Part shown: positions 13,229-26,039 of the stretch, one piece after another
Position numbering within the stretch: the first letter of the stretch is position 1
How the letters are laid out: each line of letters begins with the position of its first letter
Assembly: GCA_002269645.1 (NCBI GenBank)
Contig: NIVC01000366.1
Span: forward strand, 186,001 to 250,000
DNA length: 64,000 nucleotides
Reading direction: 5' to 3'
Origin: Macrostomum lignano
Lineage: Eukaryota
Made by a program: the position numbers and the translations under genes
The notes under the pieces: model-generated
What the model saw: the letters and a program-made list of their open reading frames with translations, nothing else
The model's database searches: none
What the model was told of the DNA's origin: nothing

Positions 13229-13600
13229 TTTTAAACTTTGTCCAACTTGGAATATTCTAACTCGTAATGTGGTTAAATTACAACTACAAGTCAGAATAAT
13301 GATTGGAATATTCGGACTGATTATGAAATACAATTGCAAGAGTCTAAATATCATTCAGACTCTTATTTTGACTGATAATTTAATATGTAGCAAGAGTTTA
13401 AACATCATTGTGACTCTTATTCAGACTGATAATTTAGTACATTATAAGAGTCTAAATATCATTCCAACTCTTAATCCAATCCATAATTTAATTTAATTTA
13501 ATTTATTTCAAAAATTAGGGCAAACATTATTATTTTTAAGTTTTCTTCATTCTATGCATATTTTGTCAAAGTAAATGTAAAAAATTTTGTATTCAACACA
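13229..13600 (+). repeat. AT-rich dispersed repeat, copy 1 (copy 2 at 63707-64000)
   Basis: Shared blocks TTTTAAACTTTGTCCAACTTGGAA, AAATACAATTGCAAGAGTCTAAATATCATTC and CAAAGTAAATGTAAAAAA occur in the same order. Confidence 0.8.
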
Positions 13601-13814
13601 AGATCATATAAATTGAATCATAGGGGGGGGCTATATATTTTAAATCAACATCAAGTCAACAATTAGTTTATGATAAATTGCATTTTCATTAAATTGGTGG
13701 AAGCATAAGACAATAATCTATACACTTGTAGCCTCAGATTTTTTACCGTGACTGGCTAATACAACATTATAGTAAATATTTTCAACTCTATATAGCATTT
13801 TTAAAATGCCACAC

Positions 13815-13965
13815 TTAGAGACACGGCGACCGTGTTTATAATGCAAAAACTTATAGACACGGCGGCTGTGTCTCTAATAGTAATAGTGACTAGGTCCATA
13901 CTAATAGACACGGCCGCCATGTCTCTAAGTTTCTGCATTATAGACATGGCTGCCATGCCTATAAG
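13815..13965. repeat. Four spaced 27-bp palindromes (TTAKAGACACGGC-N-GCCGTGTCTMTAA)
   Basis: Units at about 13815, 13851, 13900 and 13938, separated by unrelated 9-22-bp spacers. Confidence 0.8.
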
Positions 13966-16169
13966 TACTTCATTTTTAAAAAGCCAGAAATGGTAGAAAG
14001 ACTGTCATATTAATTGATTTTCTGACCATTATTCCAACTTATATTTTAACTGCATTTATGGACAGAATATTCCAAGTCAGACAAAGTTTAAAAGATACCC
14101 CTGATAAAAAAAGGTGTAAAAATCTTAAGTTAAGGGCCTATTCTATTTGACCTTTGGCTCTATAATAATCAAAATACTAGTAACTAGGTAAAGCATAATC
14201 AAAAAAGTGTAAGATACTAATGAAAATATCAAAATAACTTTGTTTTGGCCAAATGGTTTTTATTGATAATAAAACCAATTTTAAAATGCATAGGCCTATA
14301 CTATATAGACATATGCATGATTCCACATGACTCACTCACCCCTTAGGCCTATCCTATAACTTGGTTAGCTATACCATAATTTTGTTGTCCAATATATAGC
14401 CACCCCACTCCCACTAGGCCCTATGTACATTTTAACATTGGTTTTAACATTGGTAAAAACTGATCAGCCAAATATATAGGCTACATAAATACTAGGGGCC
14501 TAGGTTTTTGGTTTTTTTTTTGTTAGGGGCCAAGGCCCTACCTCGCACTAGTTAGGCCTAGGCCTATATGGCTATAGGCTCCTAATTTATATCAATAAGA
14601 GTGCTGGCCTTTGTACTCTAATATAGGCCTAGTAACAACTAGACACTAGCATTAAATTCAAAGTTTATTTTAAAGCTCATAGTTTTCTCAAACCTGTTAA
14701 AATATGTATGATTTAGGCTTAGACTAGAGATATCATGTGTCACATGTGTGCACAGTAAGGCCGATAGCTTGTGCAACAAATTGGAAAACTTGCACCACCT
14801 TCCTCTAAACCCCAGCCCAGTCATTCTCCTCAGAATATTTCAGTTGATTGCAGTGTGAATGCTTGCAATCACTCATAAAAATTCAGTTGATGCCTTGATG
14901 GCGAGAAAAACTGAGATGATTAGGCCTATCCAAGATTTGTCATTTGTTTTGTCTGTTAGTTAGGCCTAATGGCTAATCATCAACTCAAATTTTGTTTGAT
15001 CACTCGAAAATTGGCCTTGTGAACGAGCCCTTATGGGTCCTATGCTGGGCCATAGCCATCATGATTTGAAGCATTGACTTCTTGCCGAATGCCGATCCAA
15101 TACTAGGCCTACTGCTACAGGCTGAACTTGAAACGACATTAAGTAATTTAGGCCTAGTCACTGATTGTGATCTAAAATTTTATTTTGTATGGTAGGGCCT
15201 AGGCTAGGCCTACGTACTATCTAGTAATCGGTAGCATTGCAAAGATATTAAGTGAATGATTAGAAGAACGATTAGCCGACAAGCGTGACGCATGACAATA
15301 ATAATCCCATTTCATTTCATTTGATAGCCTAAGTTGGGCCGAAAATATTTACCCTGCGCTTCAGCCCTGGCGAGGGCTCTTACGCAAATAGTTTATTTTA
15401 GGTTCCGTTTTCGTAGTGCCCTATTATAATTGCAATATTAATATTCACACGCAGAGTTAGTTGTCGGTACTCAATCAGAAATATAGTTTTTCTATTCGAG
15501 CTGCAAAAAACGTGAATAACGATTGCTCGATTAAAACAATTAAAGCATACAGTAAACTAATAAATAGTGATATAAAAAAGTAAAAGTCAATGTGAACTCA
15601 ACACTTTGTTATTGATTCGTCAAGGATAAAAATTTTATTATTTTCGTCCTAACTGTTTTGAAGTTTTTACCGACTCTAGTGGTTCCGGCTGAGTTATGTT
15701 ACATGCCACAAATCATTTATTTCATTCTAAACAGTTAGTAAAATAAGGCAGAACTCTCTGTTTTTACACATTTTGAGTTAAGCTTGAAATTAGAAATTAC
15801 TTTGTTTGTATTATTTTACTGGAAGACTACTTCGTCTCTGCATGCACGAAATGCACGCCTGCATGCAGGAATCAAGTATAGTACGAGCTACGTCCTTGCA
15901 CGAACCATGTACACTACGAGCGTACATATAGGTAGCCATCCCGGGCTTGTCCAATTAGAAAATTCTGTGCCAAGTATAACAAATTGGTATAGCTGAAAGG
16001 TGACTTTTAGGAAGATGACCATATGCAGCGAACAGTCAGAGAGCTAGAGAGGCCATGCACTGCAGTGTGCTAAGAAATTTTTTCTGCACTCATAGGCCCG
16101 AGAATTGCTTCAGAACAAAGGCTACGTAGAAAGGCCAACCCACCATTTTGGTAAATCAATGATTATAAT

Positions 16170-16705
16170 CTCGTGTTTCACCTCTCTGAGGGACCTCACC
16201 GCACTTTCACTTATTTCGGCCGGCTCAAAGGGTGTCGGTTTGAAGAATCGCCTCAAGATCACAAAGGTGGTCATATGGAGCGACACTATACTGCTCTCTG
16301 TATGGAGAGACTCAGAGCGTTTGAAATGAAATGTGATACAAGAATGCTATAAGGATTAATTTCATGGAAAGAGAAAAAGACAATTCGCTTGGGTTTGGAG
16401 AAGAGTAAAAGAGGTAGTGGGAAAAGGACCAGATCTAAAGATCATCAAGTGACAATTAGGAAGGGAGCCATGGCAATAAATGTCTGTATATTCAAAGAGA
16501 AATAGAAGGTGAAAGAATTAGAGGAATACCGAAAAGGCAGTGGCAAGATGACCTAAAGAAGGAATAATGGACCGGATGGACACAATGGAGAGGTTAACAA
16601 GATCGAGCAGCGGGAGGACAGGCAGTGGGTGGCGGAACCTGCAGGTGCATGATGGGTGCGCCTACTGTCAAGACGGCCACGGAAAAGAATTAAGAAAAAG
16701 AATGA
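16170..16705 (+). mobile_element. Degenerate 3' fragment of an RTE-like LINE
   Basis: Broken frames give AFEMKCDTRML..ISWKEKKT and WQDDLK..QDR, typical of RTE ORF2 C-termini. Ends in an AAGAA-rich tail. Confidence 0.55.
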
Positions 16706-17347
16706 TCGACTTGAATCATAAATATTATTGAAATTTTTTAATTGTTTCAGTCACAAATGAAGCTGGATCGAAATTATGACGAGAAATCAAAACGCTAAAT
16801 GTGATGAAATATAGGAACAAAGAAAAGCACATGATTTTCCCAGACGTTCCCATGCACATGGACAATTATCCCTGACCCGCAGGCTTTTTAAAGCTAGCAA
16901 ATACAGTATGTGTGTGAAGTTTATAGTGTTTTTGCTGCTTATCATTTTAATATAAATATAATTAATTATATTATAATTAATATAATTGGGTACGCTCGAA
17001 TACACTGAACTTTTTGTACAATCCTTCCCAAATGTATCCCAAAAATGGTACATGTAATTGCATAGCTTATAATGGGATACTATACTATACAGGATTACTA
17101 GAGGATAAAAAGTCTATCCCCTATGAAAACGCCTTCTATAAAACTTTTTAGTTCCATGTTCGGCAGCATAGCTCTCATAGCATGATAATACAATGATATC
17201 ATCAGGTGAATTCTATTTAGCTAGCTATAGAGAAGAATTTATAATTGTGCATATGCGGTGAGCACTATGGAACAGATCTTGTTCAGCAGTGAGCAACAAG
17301 GTACTATAAGAGATTTACAATTTGCGTTGAGGGGGCGTGTGTGCATT

Positions 17348-18057
<710 letters not shown>

Positions 18058-18100
18058 GGCATGGATTTGAATTCTTCATACATATACGTCAGCTAACTGA

Positions 18101-18415
18101 GAGGCTTTTTGTAGCCTACTGGTTAGAGCGTCGGACTCACGACTGAAAGGTCGGGGATTCGATTCCCGATCCCACTCAGAACAATTTGTGTTCTTGAGCA
18201 GGACACTTAACTTGATCTGCATTGCTTCATTTCACCCAGCTGTAAAAATTGGTGCCAGCAGTAGCTGGGGTAATTGAGGCTGTGTGGCGACCCCTCAGGT
18301 CTAGAGTCCTTGGACTGAGCAGCCGTACGCAGCCTTCAGATGCGCCGCGCAATAGTTGCGGCTGAGCTGTCGGTTGCACATCTGGCCATTGGGCAGGTGT
18401 AATCAATTATTATTA
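18101..18415 (+). mobile_element. tRNA-derived SINE, apparently full length
   Basis: A box TAGCCTACTGGTTAGAGCG, B box GGATTCGATTCC, central GTGTTCTTGAGCAGGACACTTAAC..CACCCAGCTGTAAA domain and (ATT)n tail. A second copy lies at 27775-28003. Confidence 0.85.
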
Positions 18416-18956
18416 ATATTAATGATTAATGAACAAAATTTAAATTTACTGTCAATGTTTCCGTCTATTCAGATATTTTATAAATATAAAGGAAATATAG
18501 AGGAAACTCTCTGCAAGAATCAAATTTATTAATTTAAATCATTTATGTCCTTTTGTTTAATTTTTACGTGAAACGTTTGACATGATATGCATTTCCTCTA
18601 GACTGTGTGTATTTGCTTTTGTGCATGATGCTAGACTTTCATTTTGGTGGCATGGGCAAAGTGACATGTCCCTGATAATCAAATCTTCTTTCTAACGTGT
18701 TACTCCAAGTATCTGAGATGAAATTATAAATTTACTCTGTGTTAATTTTTCAATTTTCCAATAGATTTTCAAAGGTAATAAATAAAATAATATCTGACTA
18801 TATATGGTTTATTAGCATTTCATCGATTGCATTGAATATCTTAACGAACTTCCAACTGCAAGGGTATCCTTTTTTGCATCATTTAGAACGAAAAATTGAA
18901 GTTTTGAAACGTTTTGCAAGCAATTTTTTTTTCCAAATTTCTTCTCTTAATTTCAG

Positions 18957-19386
18957 AAAGTACGCCCAAGACTGCCCTAAACTCGACGAAGTCAAGACGA
19001 ATCAACTTTCGACTAATGATATTGAAAAGCTACCGGAGCAAACGACTGCCGTTCCTGCTAATCGAGCGGGCGATTACGTCACCAAGAACGTCTCTGTCGA
19101 ACTGCAACCAGGTGGCAACTTAACTCTTTCCACGGTCCCAATCTGGTTTTGGATTGTCATTACCATCGCAATTGCTGCCGGGATTATAACGATAGCGTTG
19201 ATTGTTTTAGTTTGCCTCAAAAAGAGACGCCCAACGAATTTGTATTTGAAAAGGGGTCAAACGGCACCTCTAGTTCGGCAATTAGAGGAAGGCTGCATTG
19301 GTAATTCTGTGCCCTCGATTGTTTTAGCGGCGGATGAAATTAGAGAGCGCAGTCGGATATCGAATGTCAACATATCGAATGAGTAG
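18957..19386 (+). CDS. TNFR-like receptor paralog 1, last exon only (end of CRD, stalk, TM, tail); first exon not located
   Basis: Acceptor TTTCAG at 18956. The exon starts (R)KYAQDCPKL, homologous in sequence and phase to (R)RYEFDCPQL of paralog 3. TM IWFWIVITIAIAAGIITIALIVLVC is followed by KKRR. Confidence 0.65.
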
Positions 19387-20854
19387 ATTAATCTAATCAC
19401 TTTACTCAATATAATATTTTCAACTTCTCTTCTAGGACGGTCTAGGACTGCGCGGTGTAGTTTTAATCCGTTACTACATTTATGCATTAGCGAAAAGTAT
19501 GTCTAGATATTATCTGACTGGCATAATTAAGTATACCCTTACCCCACGCTCTTACCCCATAGCTTTATATCACATGTACTAACATGCTGCACTTTTTATT
19601 ATTCAACCGAAATAAGATTGATTTTTTATTAATATACTTAACGAGATGTATTTAATGTTGTTTTGAACTCCGTACAATTTGATTAATTGATGTTTAACCA
19701 AGGAATCAGAAGCGTGATGATCAATTTTCGCTATGCTCGTACATATAAATAGTCATTCGCCAAAACTTTACCCAACTGCTAACACATACATGAGCAGAAT
19801 TTTCGTAACATTTTTCCAAATTTAACTTGCATTATGCTATTGAAATTCCGTACTCTAAACTTTGTTACTTTTTCTGGTGACTATATATTATTTTCCCAAC
19901 TACATCAGGGTACCATGCATGCCATGTGTGCTAAATTAGAAGAATGGCAATCTTTCCTGCCCAGATCAAATGCAATCTTGGATCTTGTGATGAAAAAAAT
20001 GATAATTTTCCTGTCTCTGCAGTACAGTTTTTTCAGGAAATAGGCCTACAAAAAACTATACAGGACCTATGAATTTTACGTTCTGTGTTATATTACAGTA
20101 GTAGCTACTTGAATTCGAAATCTGATGGATGCAACATTATGGTGGCCTATAAACTGTTTGGTGAAGGTCTCTATATACGTATTAGTGCTGTAATGTTTGC
20201 GCTTTGACTATAAGTCACACTACTATGTAGCTGAATGATGTACATGCCTGTACTGGTACGCAATTGGTAACTGTGCACATAGATTGATGGCTACATGTAC
20301 GAGTACAATCACTACCAGCTTAGAGTAGTTTATATTTCGAGTAATACGAGAGTAAATATGAGTGCACTGTGAAAAATGGGTGTGACTAGGCAGACACAGT
20401 CATATTTTAGCTTAGCTAGTACCGACAAATATGGAAACCGCAAGCACGTACAGTTATAGCATATATAGCCTATAATAATTAAAACTCGACGTACAGCTGC
20501 AAGCATACGTACTAGCAACGTTAAAGAAATTCTGGGTAAAGTACAATAATGAATATGAATGTGCAGTCACTGAATGTACACTGAATAGCCAAAAATAGCT
20601 CTTGAATCAGAGAAATATATTTTTAGCAAGGTGAGAAAAACCTATATAATTAGCTCTAAGCTAAGGATTGTCACACAGTACACGCAAAGGATTACCTGCC
20701 AGTCATATCAAACTTTACTAATTAAAAGCTCTAATAGCTAATTATTATTGAGCCTCGGTGAACCTTTATTAGACTTTGTTGATGCCTGACACACCTGTGG
20801 CCAACTCAGTCAACCAACCACCTTAGCTTAATTATCGTCTGAATATCGTCGACA

Positions 20855-21538
20855 ATGTCCGTACACACTGTGACAGCCGTCATATCGCTGACGCTTGCCA
20901 CAGTTGCTGCTGTGTCAGTCGAAAAACTTCAAATCCACTACTGTCCACCTGACGAGTTCGCCGACTCTATGGGCCACTGTCAGAGCTGCGACTGGTGCCG
21001 AAGAATTCAACCGGTGGATGGCGATGCCGAGCAAGTTTCGCTTGAACATCTGCACAGACAGGACATCTGCGATCGGTTTGGCGCGCTCTGCTTCACCTCG
21101 CAGATGAGCACCGCTGTTCAGAAGCTGGACGCGAAGCTTGAAGCATTTCAAACGACGCCAAACAGCATCAAATCGTCGGACCTAATTGCAACACGAGATG
21201 CGCAGAAGAAGATCGCGGAATCTGTTTTCACTGAATCAAATTCATCATCAATAGACTCCACAAAACATAGTGAGGCTCGTCCTTGGTCCAAGCTTGCTTC
21301 AATCATTGCAGGAGCCGCTTCAGCGGTAGGTCTGGCCACAATCGTGTTGATTCTAATCCTTTTGCTCCGGAGACGAAGGTCAGCCCAAAAACGACGTCAG
21401 AAAGCGTTGCTACATGATTCACTGGACACCGCTAAGAGTACAGAGGAAGGACTCGGTGGTTCGAGGAACTCAATTGAGCGGACACGGGAGTGCATACAGG
21501 ACAGAAATAGGGATACAGGGCGAGTCATTGCAGTTTAA
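20855..21538 (+). CDS. TNFR-like single-CRD type I membrane protein, paralog 2 (intronless, 227 aa)
   Basis: Signal peptide; CPPDEFADSMGHCQSCDWC..LHRQDICDRFGALC (6 Cys); Ser/Thr stalk; TM followed by RRRR; tail contains STEE; no death domain. Confidence 0.75.
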   Translation: MSVHTVTAVISLTLATVAAVSVEKLQIHYCPPDEFADSMGHCQSCDWCRRIQPVDGDAEQVSLEHLHRQDICDRFGALCFTSQMSTAVQKLDAKLEAFQTTPNSIKSSDLIATRDAQKKIAESVFTESNSSSIDSTKHSEARPWSKLASIIAGAASAVGLATIVLILILLLRRRRSAQKRRQKALLHDSLDTAKSTEEGLGGSRNSIERTRECIQDRNRDTGRVIAV

Positions 21539-21555
21539 TGTGTGGTTATGAGGGG

Positions 21556-21815
21556 CAGGGGTGTCGCTACCGGGGGGACATTGGGACATGTCCCCCACCA
21601 AAAGTTATGGGGGGACATACAAATGCTTTTTCCCACCGCCACACCGTGATGGAAATCAATAGTTTTTGCTTCAGGGCGCCAAAATATAGCGCCTGTGGCG
21701 CCAAAAAGGAGTTGCTATACAAAATTACCACGATTCCAAAAATTATGTAGGAATTTAGTCATGTAAAATTCTTAACTTAGTCCCGCTCACCATAGAATCC
21801 ATGGCGACGCACCTG
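21556..21815. mobile_element. Possible hAT-type MITE just after the paralog 2 stop codon
   Basis: Imperfect TIRs CAGGGGTGTCGCTA / TGGCGACGCACCTG; no 8-bp TSD found. Confidence 0.4.
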
Positions 21816-23247
21816 CATGCTATCAAATCAGTTGTTTATTTGATTAATCATTAAGTGCTCCATTCCTCATCCCTCTTATCTATTTTTAGTGGCTTGAAAT
21901 TTCCATCATTGGTAAATCTTGAATTATGTAGCTGTAGGGACTTCTTATAGTTAAAATTGAATCCATTACCCATACACCAAGTGAATTATTATCGTTCAAT
22001 TTATATATATTTTTTGTATTCATTGCACAATAATTTTTTTGTTTTGCTGTGTTTCTGTTTGCTAAACAAGAATTACTTGCAGATAGCTACTATAGAGGCC
22101 CTAATCCGTCGCTAATTTTCATTTAGTAAAAATTGAATATCGAATCAGAATCATTAACTGTACATATGCATGTATATCCGTTGATTCTATTACATGTGCA
22201 TGTAACATGTACATGGCTCCTATAATGATCGAACTTTCATTTGTCATGCAAGCAATCAAAAGCTGTGTCAAAGAAAAATTATTTTGTTTAACAAAAATCG
22301 AGTTTGAGGTTGCTTTTTCTAACAGTAGCTAGCTAAGAACATTTTTCCTTGTACATTAATTAGATTGCTTATCATATTATCAATAATCGACTCTCATATG
22401 TAAGCTATAAGTTCAGTTTGAAATTTTCGCGTTGTACCATTTTAGCGGAGGAAATATGTCGATTGAAATAAACTTTTTATTAGCAGGCTGCTTTTATAGC
22501 TTGTATTTCGGTAAATTTTCTTCAAAATTCTACAACCTTGACTTCCAAGGAAAATTTATTCATGAACTTAATTAATTATATTAACCGAAATGAAACCGAA
22601 ATGTGGTGCTAAAATGACTGCTATCAATATCTTTCCCAAAAATATATAGGAATTTGCTATTTGCCATTTATTTGTGGAATTATTGGCTTTGTCCCCCCCC
22701 CTCACCATAAAATACACGGTGGCCTGGTGACCATTGTTAAAGCCATTATCAACGAAATTTTCCATCTGTTTTTTTTAACTTTAACGTTCTCTTACTACTA
22801 ACTGCCTACTTGAAGGTTAAGCCAAATACGGAGAATCTCCAGTTGACATGGACAATTTAAATTTTGGTTCAGTTCCATGTTGCTTGACAAAAATGCGCGA
22901 GCAACTTTTTTATCCAACCCCCCCCCCCCGAATGCAAGATCCACGTACACGGTAGGTTACTCGTGTAAATGTACACTATATTTTCAAATGTACAGAAGTG
23001 AAGGTATGTCTTTTGACTACATTCAAACTGTGCTCATCCAGCTCCAGTTCTATATTTAGAAGCTATATATGTAACGAGCGTACATGTATATGACGTCTTA
23101 AGCCACGTACAGCAAATATAGCATATAAAAATAGGCATTAAGGCTTTATTTGAAAAGCCAACCGGCCTTTTGACTAGCCAAACTTTATTTGAAGTGCTAT
23201 ACTGCAGCCTTGAATCTGGTTCCAAATCAGCTACATACAATAGAATA

Positions 23248-24957
23248 ATGAGACCAATGGTTTCGCATCTAATTTTTGGAGTGACAATTGTAATTTCAAT
23301 TAACTATTATGTCGCAATAGCAACTACAATGACAAAAAATCAAACGGTTCGGTGCAAGGAGGGAGATTTTGCTAACTTTCACGGAGAGTGCATAAACTGC
23401 TCCTGGTGCAACAGCGAGTCCCTGGAGGGTCAAGAGCGTCTTCATCGACAGTCTATTTGCAGGTAAACACTAATTATTTATTCTAAATTTAGTAAGCCAA
23501 CAGGGACTATACTTTTAAGTCACTAAAATACGAGCTATATGTGCATGCAAAGCGTGCCGTTAGTCAACTGTTTAAACATTAAATTTTGCTTTATAAATGC
23601 AAGTTTCAAACCGAAGAAGTCTGAAAATTATATATTATTAAAGAGCGGCAATGTAAGCATGTTTGTCAGCAAGATTCAGATGATTATTATTGTTATTTTT
23701 TATATCTATGACCACTGGTTATGTGTTTAGAGCTCTTACGTCTATGGCCAAGATAAATGACTGTTGCCGACTAGCTACTGGTCTGTCTATGTCTATGGCC
23801 AAGACATATAATCGTGCGTGTAAAATGACTGCCGACTGCTGGTCTGTCTATGTCTATGGCCAAGACATAAAATCGTGCGTGTAAAATGACTGCCGACTGC
23901 TGGTCTGTCTATGTCTATGGCCAAGTAGCTGTGGGCAAAAATAGTAGTGAGCTAAACACGTTTTGACAAAACACATACTTTCTTCATTTGCTAATCCGGA
24001 TGTCCAAAAAGGTGATATACATGTATTTGAGCTAGAATTTTGTGCTAGAGAAACAGCATGATTGAATTGTACTTGAATTTTTTGTGGCGACCCCTTTTGA
24101 ATTACGAGCTAGTTGTGTAATTTGAAGACTCCTTTTATCGAATGCATTATCAAGGCATCGGTCTATAAACACGTGTTACAGAAGAAAACTTTAGCAGTTC
24201 AGCTATACTAAATTTTCACCTACCCAAGACACTGACATTAGCTATATATGACGTTGCCCATAAGTTATTTCTTAATTTCGAATAACAAACAAACCAGAAA
24301 AACTTAGTTAAGCTACACTACAGTAAAATTTTATCTAAACGGAATTTAGATAACAAGCAAGCGTTTCTGACTCATGCACTTAGTATAATCTAAAGCTACG
24401 AACTATAAAGAAAAACAGTAACAATTTGAGCATGTTGCGTACTAATTTTGTATAGAGATCCAGGACTTAAATTTTTTAAATAAAACGTGCTTATATTTAC
24501 GTAATTCCTAACTTTCTTTAGACGGTACGAATTTGACTGTCCTCAGCTGCAGCGAGAGCTGAGTACGAAGCAGACTGAATCGGTGAGAACTACTACAAGC
24601 CCGTCAACTGCACAAACTGACTACCAATATTCACATGTCACAACAAGCCCATCACCGTCACCATCCGACGTGACTGACAATGGCCCAGCCGTCCACTCAG
24701 TTCCCAATGCTTCGCCTCCGGTGTGGGCTTGGGCTGTCGGCTTCAGCGTACTTGTTGTTGTCGGTTTAGCAGCGGCTTTGATCTTCGGTTGTACTCGGCG
24801 AAAAAAAAATTTCAAACGCCGGGATTCAAGAAGAAACGAGGAACAGACACAGCAGACTGAGCCGTTTGTTGGCAACCGCATGCAACCGGCGAACTCATCG
24901 ATTTCGATTGAAATGACGGCCAGAGAGCAGACATGCAGAAATAATCGGTCTTTGTAA
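23248..24957 (+). CDS. TNFR-like single-CRD type I membrane protein, paralog 3 (exons 23248-23462, 24522-24957; 216 aa)
   Basis: Signal peptide; CKEGDFANFHGECINCSWC..LHRQSIC/RRYEFDC across a phase-2 GT-AG intron; Thr/Ser/Pro stalk; TM VWAWAVGFSVLVVVGLAAALIFGC followed by RRKK. Confidence 0.78.
23740..23925. repeat. 61-bp tandem repeat, about 3 copies, in the paralog 3 intron
   Basis: GTCTATGGCCAAG recurs at 23791, 23852 and 23913. Confidence 0.9.
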
Positions 24958-26039
24958 ATTTTATTTGCTTAAAATTCTCTCTGTTATTGATTAATTAATA
25001 TTACTGTATTTTTGTTTAAAATCATTTTTGTTATTCATTCAATCGTTTTCGTGATGGTTATCAATCATCATTTTATACTGTGTACTCCTAACGTATGATT
25101 AAATACGAGCGTGTCTCTTTAACAGAATGCATGTAATTATAAATATTGATTCTCATATTTCCATGCAATTACCTCGATTATAGAGAACAACGAGTCTATT
25201 GCACTCATGCGCCTATTTTTTATTATATACATGTAATCGTATATTTCTTGTATCCATAAGCTGTCATAACTAGCAGCAGTAGTCATTTTTGAGCAAACTT
25301 CCGCTAAATGTGTCAGATGCGATAATAAAGAGTCCCCTACTTTTGAATCAATCTATAATACATAAATTTGTTCAACTGCTCTCAAAACGATTAAGCGCCA
25401 GACATACATGATTATTTGACAATTTCGGCTTTGTAGTACATCTCGTGCAGAATAATTTGGTCTTTTTTGCTCGCTCTCATCATTTTGAAATGGCAGAAAT
25501 TGAGAAACGTCTCAATTTGCAACGGTATACGAACTATATACATGTAAGTTTGCATGAAAAATCATGTACCTAACTAATAGTACAATGCCTGGCTGGCATT
25601 CAGTAGCTTGTGAAAGCTAAGCTACACCTGTGACTGTGCAAATATCTAATTGCATACTATATAGTACAGGTACATACGTTTTAAAACACGTTCATACAGA
25701 CGCCAGAAAATGTTTTATGGCTTATCATCAGTCCGTTTCAATAGTACAAAATCAGTTTATTTCGTAGAAAGGAATTAATATTTGTCTACAATTTTATTTA
25801 GACAACAAATTAATTATGAATAGATATACTTTAATAAAAGGTGAAACTTTTTGGGACAAATATGAAAAAATGAATAACACGCAGTTTACTGCGTCGCGTA
25901 CTCAAATCGCATCGAATCAGACTGATATTAAAAAATCATGAATCAAAATGAAAGGTACAAAATGAGGAAAGTGAGAAAACAAAAATCCTCAGGTGAGGAG
26001 AGAAGATAAATTAGCCTTAGAGAAAAGCGAGCGAAGTAA

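Noticed and set aside
13815-13965. Palindrome-spacer pattern as a mini-CRISPR
   Set aside because: Only four degenerate units with short, uneven spacers and no cas genes; kept as a palindrome array.
14500-15230. Clustered AGGCCT/TAGGCC motifs as a regulatory array
   Set aside because: Irregular spacing and low complexity; no defined unit could be supported.
15800-15932. EDYFVSACTKCTPAC..R/GT as the missing first exon of receptor paralog 1
   Set aside because: In-frame TAG, no signal peptide, wrong Cys spacing and no LHRQxIC motif.
18101-18175. tRNA gene
   Set aside because: A and B boxes are present but the acceptor stem is not formed, and the sequence continues into a SINE body seen twice.
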